A stretch of DNA of 64,000 bases from Paramecium tetraurelia (Eukaryota). The DNA lies in NCBI GenBank assembly GCA_000165425.1, contig CT868010.1, forward strand, positions 62,001 through 126,000. Direction: 5' to 3'. Every line of letters begins with the position of its first letter. The stretch's first letter is position 1. Position numbers and translations under genes: made by a program. Positions 1 through 14,028 of this stretch are shown one piece after another. The notes beneath the pieces were generated by a model, which did no database searches, was not told the origin of the DNA, and was given only the letters and a program-made list of their open reading frames with translations.

Positions 1-421
1 AGACTATTTCAATTCTTAGATGCTAAATACAATAACATTCGCCAATATTCCTAATAAGGTATTTATTATGTAAATGATTGCAATTAAAAAAAATAAGATG
101 GTACTTTATAATTTATAACTAGAATTTGAGTTATAAGCTTGCATTCTATTTAAATAATATATGGGCGATCAGTTATTCAATGAGTTTGAGGCGGCAAGGA
201 AGCTTATTGTACTTAATTAGATAGCAAATTCTAAAGTAGTACTTGAGTAAGTTGATAGAGATGAAAAAGCAGATCGCGTGGATAAAGAGAACCAATAGAA
301 AAAGAACACTAACTAAGAGAAATTAAAGGCTTCCGAAACAAAAACTTTAGAAGCGGGCAAAAAATGTCACAAATTGGACTCATTTTGCAATAAAAATAAA
401 GAGTTATAGTAAAAGTCATGA
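1..421 (+). CDS. 3' end of a hypothetical protein (partial)
   Basis: Open in code 6 with a 22-nt GT..AG intron at 101-122; ends ...NKELQQKS-TGA. Confidence 0.6.
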
Positions 422-781
422 TTAGTTTCTAATATATTTATTTATTTTTAAATTCTTGATACCTTTCTTATAATGAAATTTTTAAATTGCTTTAGTTTAA
501 TTTAATTATAAAATACAAATTATTAAAAAATAATTGAACCCCTTTTTTAAATAAATATAATAAAAATAATACTGAATTATAATTTATAACCCCTTATTTA
601 ATTAAAATATATAAAATATATTTTAAAGTTCTTGAAGAAAAGGTCAGAAACTAATGAGGCTTTCATAAATTAGGTGATGGACTCTCTGTACTTAATTAAG
701 AACTAGGATGATGGGAGAGATTTAGATGTTGGTGGAGGATGATGAATGTAAACACATAAATTAGAAAGTTAATTGATATAA

Positions 782-1950
782 TCATATTTCATGTTCCTCT
801 TTAATTTCAGGGGTTGGATTGAAGTAGGAACTATAATAGGTATGCATGCTTGACTATTATTAGATGAAGGCGCTTATATTCATAGTCTATTAAATTGTGT
901 ACAAAAATACATAATATGGTGAAGGATGTGGTTGAAAAAATAATAATTACTCAGGTTTAACCAAGATTGCACCATAACTGTTATTTTAGTCTATGTTTTA
1001 GGATGTGAAAGATGAAATTGATTAATACATTAATTGTGTAGGATGATATGTATTATGATGAAATACAAATTTCGAATATAGTTTTGGCAGAGGACATGAT
1101 TTCATTGTGAAAATTGGATGTTTCAGTTATATCTTCTAGAGTATGAGCTAGGGAATATGGATGCATTTGAAATACATGGTCAATATCAATGTTACTTAAT
1201 TTGGTTTTTAATTTTTGGCTCTTGGATCTGCTTTTGGAGATATTTTTCTTTTCCAAGTCATCATTGTATGATTCACTAGATTAAATAACACACATACTTT
1301 AATTGTTGTAATGTTTGAAAAATGGATTTAATTTTATCAATGTCCTCAATATCAATTTATTAGGATAAGTTAAAATTTTTGTATTTTAATATAATATTTC
1401 GAAAGAGCTGTGCAAATTCCACTTCGATTCCAGCATAATTGACTTAATTCTAATTGACACAAAATATTTAGGAAATAACAGACGGTTTTAGAGTTTTAGT
1501 CATTTAAGATCCTTTTTTAGTAATTTGATATTCTTACCATTTTTGGTTCCATTAACAGTCTTGGAAAGACGTCTAAGAACTTTTCGAACTAATGAGTAAA
1601 AATAGTTTTTAATTAAACCATCCGTTCTTTAGGGTAATTCTTTTGCAATGATCCTCTTTTTAAGTATAAATTTAGACAATTACCCATCTGTTACCATATT
1701 TGCTTTGCAACTCGAAGAGTTTATCAACTTCATTTTGAGTCCATTGATCTTTGTTGACAAAAGGATTTAACTAATTATGGAATCTCTCTTTGCATGATTT
1801 TCCTGATCTTTTATACCCGATGGATATCATTTATTTCGAAATTCGTCTCCAATTGTAATTTTGACTCTTGCATATTTCAAGCAATGCCTTATCTTCCTTG
1901 TTTAATAAGTTTAAATTATATACTTCTGGTCTCCAATTCTTCCTTCTCAT
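782..1950 (-). CDS. Two-repeat Myb transcription factor
   Basis: MRRKNWRPEEDKALL...NWRRISKQM...RSGKSCKERFHNQLNP...WTQNEVDKLFELQSKYGNRWRIIAKELPQRTDGLIKNYFYS; several tiny introns; 3' end less certain. Confidence 0.88.
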
Positions 1951-1986
1951 AATTAATATATATAAATTATATATATAATAGACCAT

Positions 1987-3058
1987 TCAACTCATCTTAA
2001 TTGCAGCTAACTATTCCTTCAAAGCAGCCAATTACAATTGCAATTGCAATAATTCTGGACTCGTTCTCATCGATACTTTAGGAGTATAAACTGGAGCAGG
2101 CATATTATTACCATACATCATTTTTTGTGCTTATGAAACCTAAATACCAAGTGATAATGAAGGTAATATACATTTTGGATACCAGTTTCATTCCAATCAT
2201 TAATCATTTTCTGTCTTTCAATAGAATTCCTGCGACTTGATTCCCTACTACTACTACTCTTCTTCTTATTGCTTTTCTTCTCCTTCTTTTTGTGTTTCTT
2301 CGGACTCTTTCTAAACAGAATAACAATTAAATTGTCTTACTCAACGACTTCCTTCTCTTTTTTCTCTCTATATTCTGGGTGTTCCTCATACATTTGATTA
2401 AATAAACTCTTCTTGAATTTTGTCGATATCTTCTTAAGATGTAAGTAATTGCATGCTCCTCCTCTTAAATCCTGTATTTCTAATTTCATACCTCTAACAT
2501 GTCCCATCAATGTATTATTTGCATTTAGCACTACTAAAGTCCAAAACAGGTGAATACTCCATTTGCAAAGGTCTATTTTCATATGATAAATTCTAAAGAG
2601 TATTGAAACATGACTCTGCAAACAATTCCGATGTGTATTTCACATATACATTTCCCACTAAATGATCTCCAATGTTTTCGCATACAATCAAATCTTCAAT
2701 CTCACCAAACTCTGCCAGCTTATCATGATACCCACTTTTACTTTCAAAAATACGTCTTCATAAAAGTTTTCGAATTTCTCCAATGCCTCTTCAATACCCG
2801 CTTAAGACACTGCATTTCCAGAAGCTATTGCTACTTCCATTGGAGAGTTTTAATACATATGCTGATCATTAAATTGGAAATCTTACTTTGAATAAAATAG
2901 TCTAAGAGATTGGAGGTATGCTATGAATTCTTTAACATTTGTTTTCATAACGACAAGCTCCAATTTTTATATAAAATGAACAATTCACCTAATCATAGAA
3001 CACTTAATAATACTTTGTCTTCCTCTGTTCCATACACTCTTTCTAACCCGCCTGCCAT
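1987..3058 (-). CDS. U2AF1: Splicing factor U2AF small (35 kDa) subunit
   Basis: [28 protein letters not shown] (ZnF1), UHM region, DFSSAKCKQYIDGTCQRGGACNYLH (ZnF2), R/S-rich tail with SIERQKMINDWN. Confidence 0.95.
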
Positions 3059-3424
3059 TTAATAATTATTTATATGAATAATGTAAATTATTAATTAGAA
3101 TTAGCAAATTTAGTATAGTTTTATCAAAAATTATTAAATTAATAGGATTGTGTATATTAGAAACAGTTAAAATTATATATTTTTATTTCTGATTAGATTT
3201 TCAATAAAATTAGAAATTTTATTTCTCAAATAGAATTTTATGGATATGCTAAAATAAGGGATGGGGTATTTCTTCAAATATCCACCATAATTAAGGAAGA
3301 CTTAAATTGATAATAATCTATTTTTAGATAATAATCTAATCTTAAAATTTTTAGTTTAAATAATAGATGTATATATAAATAACTCTAAAAGAATATTTAT
3401 ATGTAAAAATAATAAAAGTATATC

Positions 3425-4983
3425 TCAAATTCTGACAGTTTTTCCAACTTAAGAGTTTGCTCTTTGATGGTGTAGTAGTTTGAGATGCAGATTTTTAAAT
3501 GATTAATCCTGCAACATTGGATTTTCTACAGAGATTCCAGTTCTTTAAGAGGATTCTCCTCTATCTCCTCTATCTTTTTTATAAGCCTTCATTTATTATT
3601 TAAAAGTGCAAGTGTTAAACGATTTGTCATTTACTAATTCATCAAGGCCTGAACTTGGCGCTCTCTTTGCACTTGTATTACCAATATTATTCACATAGTG
3701 TTTCAATCTATCAAAGGCATCTAGAAATAATTAAATTGATTACTTTATCCATTCTATTAATCCAAGTTAATAGTAACTTTAGGTGCTTCATATTTACCCA
3801 ATCCCAATTTACCCATAAAGGTTGACAATTCATCTTTTCTTTTCTAAGGTTTCACATTATCCTTAACTTCAACTGTGAAATTCATGTTTTGTTGGACCTT
3901 CACATTGAGATAAGTATTCTCTTTTTTGGTTTTCTGACCTGATGATCCAGCAAATTATGAAGAGGGACTTGCCTATATAAATCCAAACCTTGCATTTGGA
4001 GATTTGCCATTAGACAATTTAATGTTAACTTGTGGAACTTGAGAGTTGAGATATGTTCCTCCATTCTTCCCACTGCCATTTTCTAGTAATACTTCTTGAT
4101 TTAATTTGTTGGGAGTCTTGAATTATTATAACAAATTGTCTATATTTTTAACCTTTTGTTTAAAATATGAATTTTCATCCCCATTAACAGTACTATTATT
4201 GATATTATTATTATTTAATGGAAGATCTTATTGATTGTTTCTTTCTTTGAAAGGAGTTCTTCTGTTGAATAAATCAGTTAGATCTTCTAAAGTAGTTGCA
4301 CTCTTAAATTAGTCCAACAATTCAATATAAGTATTGGTGACAACAGGTGGATCTGGATTGGCCATTGGTTTCTATTCTATAGGGTCTTACTGTTTTGAGC
4401 CAAATTCTATATTCAAAAAGTCTTCTAGTTTCTTTTGGGATAATTAAATTTCCTATTTTTAAGGAAATAGATCATTATAAGTTTAATCAGTTGGTTTCAG
4501 ATCATATTTAACAGAATCAACGGATTAATTAATTGGTTCTTATTTGTTAGGAATATCAATTTCTTAAATTGATTGTTTTGGCTATTCCAAGACAATCTAT
4601 TCGACAGTCTATTGAGTAGTAGTCTATTAATCCAAAATTTCTTGAGATTCTGGTTATTATAGATTAACAGATGGAGTTTCAAAAGGAATAACATCTATTG
4701 GATTTGGTGCCACTACATTATCTTATGCGGTGGTTTTTTGATCTTGACTAACTTATATGATGTTGGTTTCATTTTTGATTGTTTATTGGGTTGGGTCGTT
4801 GTAACCTGCTTGAAATGCCATGGCTTTGAAGGCATCAAACTTATTTTTATATTTATCAATGAGATCTTTAGATGATCTAGCCCAAGTATTGAGAACCTTT
4901 GATTCTTGAGGTTGGTCCTATTGAAGAATGGAATCTTCAACTTGTTATTCTGGAATTTCAGACGATTGCTAATTATCGGACAT
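3425..4983 (-). CDS. Hypothetical Q/P-rich protein
   Basis: MSDNQQSSEIPEQQVEDS... long frame in code 6, low complexity, ends VGKTVRI-TGA; no domain recognised. Confidence 0.65.
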
Positions 4984-5101
4984 TTTATTATTAAATTTAT
5001 TTCTTTAATTTCAAAACATAGTATTTATATATATGTGATCTATTTTGATAAGTAAATAAATATTAAAATTCGAATTATATTTATATATATATATTTAAAA
5101 A

Positions 5102-6066
5102 ATGGAAATTTATCGAATTCCCGAAGATTTACGATTCGTGAATCAGATTGGTCAAACTCTGAGTGCAGAAGAGAAGTAATTGATTAATGTAATGAAGGAT
5201 CAAGTTAGAAATAGCTTTGATAAAGCTTGGCTAAACCCAGACATTTGATTAATTACTATTTTGGGGAAGAATTGAAGGAACAGTTGCCAATTATTATATT
5301 GCCATTGGGTTGAATTTCAAGAATAATTTTGAATTCCCTCACAAAACATTCTTCTACACTGCAAATTTAAAGGAATTCTAAAATTTACCACCCCTCAATC
5401 CAGAATACAAAGAATAAGTTGAAACTTTCAGACAGTTATTTTCTGGATAACCTGAAAAAATACTTATTAACATCACAGGCGAAGATGGAGATCAACCACC
5501 TGCTGATTAACCTAATCCAGATGAACCTCAACAAGTTGTAAAAAATGATGATGACTCCGATGTTGAAATAAAACCACCTCCCAAGAATTTCTTGGAAGTG
5601 GATAGATTAGCCTATGTGGTTAATGCGATTGAATTCGAATGTGCTCTTCTTCCTGTTGGTGCTGTTAGATTGACTCCTACACATGAATTAAGGTACTTAA
5701 TTAACTATCTTTTTCAGATATAATGATTCATTCGAAGGACTCAATCTCTAAGAAGCATCAAAAATATCCAATTATCAGCATTTCAGAGCTCCTCAGAGTG
5801 CTAACAAAAAGGCCTTGATTGCTTAAGATGATGCTCTTTTCCACTATGACTTCTTTGATTAATTGGATGATCATCCAGTTGGATAATGGAGTTTGCAAAC
5901 AGATTCCTCCAAATATCAAGTAATAAATTTCAATTAAGTTTAGGTCACTATACGCAATCTCTAATGGCCAGGCTTCTTGGGATATCATAGAGCAGGAACT
6001 AGAATTTTTGGATATGCCTATTTTGGAGATGGTATCAAGAATGTAGATTTGGCATTTCAACTATGA
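5102..6066 (+). CDS. RSPH9: Radial spoke head protein 9
   Basis: LLFWGRIEGTVANYYIAIG, EVDRLAYVVNAIEFECALLPVGA, C-terminal YAYFGDGIKNVDLAFQL; tiny introns. Confidence 0.92.
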
Positions 6067-6141
6067 TTAATAATAATGAATATCCATGCATTCAAAATAA
6101 TTCATAGTTTATATTTTGTAAATTGCCATCATCATTATAAT

Positions 6142-6838
6142 TCAATTTTATAATTTTTCTATTTGCAAAATCACTTTAGAATTATCTTGTCTAGTCAATT
6201 CTAATTTATCCAGATTCACATCACTTTCTATAACCAAAATCAATCTGCCTTAACATTGTTCCCCTCCCAATTCTATCTCGTACCACAATTAAGTAAATAT
6301 AGCACACAACTCAATCAATTCATTCATTTTTTCATTTTCTTTATTTACATTTCGTAACACAAACAACACCTCATTATCAATATTTTCTTTCAATTTCTAT
6401 ACTCCCAATTATTTCAATTAAGCTCCATTTAGTTTCTCTAGATCCTTTGGCTACTCTTTTGAAATATTCTTTATTATTTGTCTCCACATAATGTCTTCCG
6501 TAACCCAACTCTAATAATCGAACTCCCTCACTATATCAGACTCAATCTACAATGTTGATTTTATAGTATGTAATGGTCTTTCTATCACTTAAGATGCATC
6601 AACTTACTTTTATCACAATAGAAAAGCCATGATTCTTAAATTTCTTCAGTTTTATTTTTTAATCCTGCTATTTCCTATTCTAATTATTAGTTCTATTTGG
6701 TATGTTAATGAATACCTTTGTTTTTAATTTTTTTATTTGATCTTACAAATCTCCTTATTAATCTTCAAGTTCGCAGATTCTTCCTAATAATTGCTCGGTT
6801 AATTTCTCAATTTTAGATACTCTTTACTCTAATTACAT
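6142..6838 (-). CDS. Hypothetical protein with N-terminal coiled coil
   Basis: MQLEQRVSKIEKLTEQLLGRICELED...; one intron; ends LQIEKLQN-TGA. Confidence 0.6.
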
Positions 6839-7280
6839 TATAAAATTATTATTAATATACACAAATATTTTATTCTAATGTTAATAAAACAACTATTAAA
6901 ACATTGATTAATTAAAATGAATCATAAATTCAATTAGTTTCCATTAACCTATCCAATAAGACACTCCTTCAAAGTAAGCAAAATATTAGACTATTCTAGC
7001 ATATATAAGTGATATAAATACTTTGATTTATGGTTAAGTAATTAAAATTGAAAAGCACATTTAAAATAATGATTAACTTTAGATATTTGAATATATTTTC
7101 TTATTAAAACTCAAAGTCAAATATTAATGATTCAATTTATTATTTTCAAATATTTATAATTGAAGATTATTCGACTTTATTTTTAATTTGTAGTCATATG
7201 GTTACTTGTTTTCCATATGTATGTATTTTTTAATTTAATATAATAATATACTTGGTAAAATAGTATTATTTGTTTTTGTA

Positions 7281-8220
7281 ATGAAGTTGATTCTCTTATT
7301 TATTTGTATTGGTTTAAGTTGTTGCTCAGTTCCATTGGTTTGTTCAGAAGCTAAGAAGGAAAAGGATTGTTTAGAAATTATCAATGGAATGTAAGAGTCT
7401 AATTGATAATGTAGAAATGAATGCGTATGGACTGGAGGATAATGCGAAATAAAAACTTGTGAGATGCTAAAACCTCCATGTGATGGAGAGGCTTATTCTG
7501 GATATTCATGTTCCAATAGCAAATTAGGATGCAAAACTGTTAAACAATGTTCAGATATTGAGATATCATCTTCTTGTTCTGTAGTAACTCCTTTTGGAAA
7601 ATAATGTATTTGGGAGTAAGGATGTAGAATTAGATAATGCAAGGATAATACTCAAGAAACTTGCACAGTTACTAATGGATAGTTATGCATGTATTAAAAT
7701 AATTAATGTACTTTGATTACTGGATGTGCTGATATTGTTGAAGTTGATAAATGTGAAACAGATGATTATCATCAAAACCTATCATGTGCATGGAAGGATG
7801 GAAGATGTTAAAAAAGGCAATGTGATATGATAGCGAATGAAGTATATTATTTATTTGACATGATAGGAAGAATGTTTTAAGACAGTTGTATAATCTGAGA
7901 GATGTTTTTATGGTTAAATTACAGAATAACAATCTGGTTGTTTGAGTTGTTCAATAATAACTGATTCTTGTTTATGTGATCATTACAATCTGTTTGGTTG
8001 TGCGTGGAAATAAGATCATTGTTATAAATAATCTTGTGAAACCTTTACAAATATTGACCAATGCAATTCAGCTTATGATAGCCTAACTTGTACTTGGTAT
8101 GTTCCTCTAAATAAGTGTATGACTATTGATGATGCTAATACCTTGGATCGTTAATGCGATATCTATAGTTTTAGTTCAGGAATACAATTGTTACTCATGG
8201 TCATCCTTTTAATGTTTTGA
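7281..8220 (+). CDS. Cys-rich secreted, probably GPI-anchored surface protein (mini-antigen-like)
   Basis: Signal peptide MKLILLFICIGLSCC, periodic Cys with CxW motifs (CVW, CIW, CAW, CTW), hydrophobic C-terminus SSGIQLLLMVILLMF. Confidence 0.8.
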
Positions 8221-8318
8221 CACTGCTTGCCTATTGATTTCATTATAATGTGTTTAAAATAAAAAATACTTAGAATTTAGGTTTATCTTATGAAATATTA
8301 TATTTTAATTATAGAAAT

Positions 8319-9359
8319 ATGAGTAACCCATTTTAGATTGTTCCATCAGATTCTTTCTTGAATATTTTAAACCAAAATAATGTCTCTGTTGTAGATGTTG
8401 ATGAAGATTATAGAGCTGAACAAGATTGGATGTTTGAAAATGATTGTAATTTTATGGAAGAATAGATATTGTAATAATAGCCTTTAATGCCTGAGCGATC
8501 AAAGGCATTGGTTGGTGGACAATTGCTGCAGAAATATAAAAAGAATCAAGAGGAAGATCTCTTGAAAAAAAATAAGGAAGTTTTTCAAGCCAATTAATCT
8601 AAAAGCATTTACCTTAACAAGATTCAATAATTAATTGATAAACCCACAGCTGTAGGCAAGCCTAAGCAAACGTAAATACTCATCCCTAAGATAGTCGTCA
8701 AAAAGTTATTGTTGATAGTGACTCCTCTGATGGAAAGAATAGATTAGCTAAAAACAGGGAATCTGCTAGAAATTCCAGGAAGAGGAAAAAGATATACATA
8801 GAGTTATTGGAAAATAAGGTGAAGGAACTAACAGAACAATTGCAATAATTGGAATGTGTAGTTTAATAAAATAAAATTAAAAATATTCAAGTAATAAATA
8901 CTTACTATTACATGCAGCTTGAGAACTTTATTGAAGATTATCATCGATCAATCACTTAGCTTAATGGTTTGCCCACTATTCAATAGTTGCATGAATAATA
9001 TGGTGCCACATCTCAGAGAAGATGGAGTGTTTGCACTGAACTCATTAATCTATTAATTGAGACTACCATCCCCATTGAAGTTAAGAAATTGATGGAGTCA
9101 GCCAAAAAGGGCACTGACATGTTTATTCAACCTCTACTTCAACATAATCCATGTCTAAATTATAGAGATTACTTTAAATAGGGCACAATTGATTTAGAAA
9201 TGTATTCATTTGTTTAAATTGAGAGCGACAAAAAATTTTGGTTTGGCTTATGATAAAATCAGGGAACAAGTGTTTGCTTTGGAGAGATTGAAATTAGACG
9301 TCATCTAAATCCTAGGACCAGATTCCTACATAGAGTACTTAAATTCATTAACATATTGA
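8319..9359 (+). CDS. bZIP transcription factor
   Basis: NRLAKNRESARNSRKRKKIYIELLENKVKELTEQLQQL basic region plus leucine zipper. Confidence 0.92.
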
Positions 9360-9651
9360 ATTTTATATATTTGTAACATCATATTAATAGTACTAATCAA
9401 AATTGAATTATTATTAATTTATTTTGAATGATTTGATTAATTATTAAATAATCATTATAATGTTAATTCATTTAAATTTAGATCATCCTAAGCCTATATC
9501 ATTATTGGTATTTAAACTATGTATATATTAATGTTTAATCTCTTACATTTTTTAATAATTTAATCGCAAAAAAATAAACTGTTTGAGTAACTGGTCTCAA
9601 ATATCTTTTATATTTGATTTATTATTGAATATTGTGTATTCTCTTATTTCA

Positions 9652-12192
9652 ATGCCAATTAAGAAACAAATTCATCCAATTTTACTACGAAACTATTGTT
9701 CAAGGAAAGCTATTCCATATCAAAAATTAAATGCTTTTTAGTAATCATGGATTGATAAAAATTAATCAAGTAATTTATATAAAACTTATTTTAATAAGTT
9801 ATATATTAGATTGCTTTATTAGTCATGGTGTATAAAACATCTATTGTTAAATGGAAACTTACCTTGTTGACCTAGCATTATCTCTTTGATCTCATATTAA
9901 TTTATATCTAGAATAGACAATCCACACAAAAGTTCATTGCTTGTTTCTCCATCATCTTATTCACTTAATGAATATAATATATTACATATTCTCATATAAC
10001 TGTTTATAAAGTTATTAAATTTCAAATTAGAACGATCCTTATTTTAATCTAAACAGAAACAAACAAAATAAGGACAAGAAATTTTGAGTCTTTAATTGTG
10101 TAGCATATTTTGTGATAAATTGAAGAGTAACCGTCAAATCTGCTACATCATGCAATAGAATTAGATAATATGTTTATACTATGAGCTCAAAAAGATCGGA
10201 ATCTTCATCCAAACAATCTAGCATTAATAATTAAATCATCCTTATGGAATTTTCACTCTCAGTTGATTTAATCTCTTACTGAATTAACAACTTTTTCAAA
10301 TATACATTTAATAAACCTATACTAGCTGATTAATGCTTAAATTGTTAGAGAGAACTATGAACCAACTAGAAAATAATATTTTAAAAGAGCATCAACTAAA
10401 ATGTATACTGCTTATCTACAATAACACCCATTATATCTATTAGCAATTCTAAATCATAATAATTAAAAATACTTAATTGATATTTTTATAAATGCTATTC
10501 CGATTGAGCATTTAATAATTCTTTTGTGATAATTGAAATGATAGAATTATCTCCTAGATTTAATTAATCCAGTTCAGCCATGCATTTAAGAATGCACTAC
10601 TTATAAATGGCTTTGGTCTGAGAGAAGTAATATTATTTTAAATCTAAATATGTTTATTTAGTTAGGCAATTTCGTTAAGGATAATACAATTACAAGCAAA
10701 CCAATAAATCTATCATAGCACATAGCAAATTTGGATTATTAATTTATGATATAATTTACAATTATTCTTAAAGAATCGATATCAAATAATCAATTTAAGA
10801 TTAATTTGTTATCAGTCGTTTTAGGATGAACTTTTTTAAAAGTATCAACACCTAAATCTTAATTGGAATGTAGGTACCATTGATTTATTTGAGACAATAA
10901 AGTAATTCCTGTAAAAAGAGTTGATCTAAATGATGAATGGGTATCCTATAAAATAAATTTGATATAATAAAGTAATGAGCTTCTTTTTTAATACAAATAC
11001 TTTATTCGCTCTAATTTAGAGGTATAAGTTGATCAGAGATGAGTAAAATTTCTTGAAATATATAATTTTCTGAATCAAGTTTCAACACAGAGAGAATAAA
11101 ATCTATCCCAAAATTTCTAATTTTAAGTAAATAGTAATCATCCTCATTCTCTTCATCCAAATTTAGATACAAGTTTTAATAGGCATGAAAATCTAATTAT
11201 ATAATATTAATGACGATAAATATTAGTAATTGTCTTTGTTATTGATAATTAAATTTTTAAAATGCTACTAATTTATTTATAATTTTTAAAAGTCTGTAAG
11301 CAGTAATTCTACCTAAATGTTATTTGTTGTCTAAATAATTATGTGTAATAATATACAATAATTACTATTGAATAATTTGTGAGGGAAGCTTTTTTTTGAT
11401 GAGTCGAACTATGATTTTGGAAAAGTTTTCAAGTATTTTTGATTATTATGGATTATTTTAGATTAATTAGCAATATTGATTTATGATAGCATTATAATGA
11501 TCATCTTCTAAAGAGTAAAATAAAGAATTGGTAAGAGACAAGTAAAAATTTAGTATCTGATCAACTAGTTGATAATCATTGACGTTGAAGAGTTAAAAAA
11601 TCTTACTAAAATTATATTTATAACCTGATAATTTTAATTTTATTTTAACAATTTGGCTGCTCATCATCTCAGTAATCAATTAGATGTAAGCAGAGTCTAA
11701 TTGTTGTTTATCCATTATGCATATTATAATTTATGTAGAATCAGGTGTATATAAAATCATATAATTGATCAACTTGCATAATAATGGAATTATCTACGGA
11801 TCGACTTTATTTAAGTAGAATAGTAAAATGTTTAGAATTTCTATTTTATGATTCATTATTATGGTAATGTAATTTTGCTAAAGGTAATGTTTCAAATATA
11901 TGAAAAATTATACTCTGAGTGATTTTTCAATCTTTTGATCACACAAGCATTCGAACCCAATTTTAATTTTCTCAAAATCATTAAAAATATTATTCAGTTC
12001 TTACTCAGCCATCCTTCGTATTTCTTCATTTTCATTGTAAAGTTATTTTATTAGAATTAGAATTTATTCCATTTAATAAATTTAATGGAGTAGAATACTA
12101 AAGTTAATTCAGAATATGTAAGGGAATATGTTCATCATTTAGTTTAAGAAGTTGAAATTAATTCAGAAGAAAATGGAGAATATAAAGGCTGA
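9652..12192 (+). pseudogene. Probable decayed large gene (or unresolved gene model)
   Basis: Plausible start (MPIKKQIHPILL) and end (EENGEYKG-TGA), but several TGAs and frame switches between that I could not remove with canonical tiny introns. Confidence 0.4.
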
Positions 12193-12217
12193 TTAGAGTC
12201 CAAGTGTAATCAAGTAT

Positions 12218-13006
12218 ATGTTGAGAAGAAAAAGTGCAGAAGAAGTGCAAGCACCTTTGCATGATGTTGAGTTTAATCAGCAGCCAAAGAAGAAGAAATT
12301 GTTGTTTTTTAAGACCTTCTAAAAAGTTGTTATCGACCCAATAACAAAATTAGATGAAATTAATGAAGAAAAATGGGCTATAATGTCCAACAACTATAAA
12401 TCTTTGATCGAAAAATCAAGACAAAGTCTCTCAAAACATAGTCAAATGATGTAGGCTCCTCTCTAAACGAAAGAACATCAGAAGATTCAGTTTCTCACTC
12501 GAAGATAATCAATAGAGTTTCGACTTCGTGAAATCACTACTGCTCCCAGCAATCATTCATCTATATCTCCAATAAAAATAAATACTAATGTTTAACTCGC
12601 AGATCCGAATTATGATAGATTCAAAAAGTATTATCAGAAAATAGGGATTGTAGCTGATAATCCTGCACAAATGAAGTTCAAAAAATTAATGTCTACTCCA
12701 ATGGCACCTCAGAAAAGGAAGGAAAAAAGCCAGCATTCTAGTAATAATTCATAATAATACTCGTCATCTCCTCCAAAAAGTAGAACTATCCATCTGAAAC
12801 CAAATCGTAATTCGTAATATTTATAGGAGATCAAGGAATTATGTTCAGTGGCATCAAACTATCAAGCACATGTGAAGTAAGATGAGAGGATACAAATTCA
12901 TCAAACTAGCAAATAGATGGGTTACATCTAAGCGGAATTCAATAAGTTTCATAATATGTTGACAACGGATTTAGAACGGTTAGATTTCTATGATGAGAAG
13001 AAGTGA
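12218..13006 (+). CDS. Hypothetical protein
   Basis: Intronless 262-aa frame in code 6, MLRRKSAEEVQAPL...DFYDEKK-TGA. Confidence 0.7.
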
Positions 13007-13055
13007 ACTTGATATTAATTACTATCCATTAGGAATTAGTAGTAATCTTAATTTG

Positions 13056-14028
13056 TCATTATAATTTCTGATATACCAAATCAATATATTTTATCATTTC
13101 CTACTTCACTTATCCTTTGGCCATGTAAAGAGGAATGGACAATTTGAAATCACATAGAGAGTACATTTTGACAAAGGAATAATCATCGAAGTTTTTATTT
13201 TTGAATCTTGAGCAGTTATCAAAATATATATACCTATTATTAATGTAATCGTTATTTATTAAATTTGAGAGTGGCTAAATCGTATAGCCACTAAGCAAAA
13301 CTTCACCTCTCACTTTGTTCCTTATCGGATATTGGGAATCGGTAACAGATTTACTAACGTCACACCATACCTATTTTATAAACATTAAATAAAACATTTG
13401 AGTCAATTTGCTTTGTTTTTTTGTAATAGATGAATTCTCTTGCAGAAGTCATCAATATTGGTTTGTAACTTAAATAGATAACTGTTTCCTTGTTCTCCTC
13501 ATTCTTTTTGATGGGATAAAAGGCATCAATTCGAGAATCTAATTCCTTTTATTTTTGAAAATTGCTCATAAATTCAATAAATTTTTGAGGCTTTCCAGGA
13601 ACAATGAATTCACATCTCGTGGCATTCACTTTTGTTTGACTATCTACCTCAATTTATTTAATAAATAATTTCAATCCGCTCTTTGAATCCACATTATCAC
13701 ACAAGATAATCCAATCATCGACAGGAGTGATCCCATAATCACACTTCTCCTGTATTTGCTTAACAATATCATCTTACAGTTGCTAATATTCATCAAATTC
13801 ACCTGCAGTTCCTCGTTCATTCAATGAATAAGCAGTCGTAATGGTATCATTCAATAATTCAATCTTGCTTAGAAAATAACAAATAGGTTTGTCTTCATAT
13901 ACCAAGACACGTCTTCTTTAATGACAGAAGCTTAATTCTTTCATGTATTCTAGCTCGTCTTCGATTGCCTTGGATGCTATGGATGCTCTATTGATGCTTC
14001 GCTCTTACACACAACACTATGATCCCAT
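13056..14028 (-). CDS. START-domain lipid-transfer protein with N-terminal acylation motif
   Basis: MGSQCC start; KPILMTSAREFIYY, SKSVTDSQYP...VRGEVLLSGYTIQP START motifs; two introns. Confidence 0.82.

Noticed and set aside
620..780. Purine-rich stretch after the Myb stop as an extra exon or gene
   Set aside because: No consistent frame with start and stop; probably UTR or a remnant
10820..11400. In-frame TGAs as selenocysteine or Trp readthrough
   Set aside because: No redox motif or SECIS seen, frameshifts accompany them, and TGA is the stop in all intact genes
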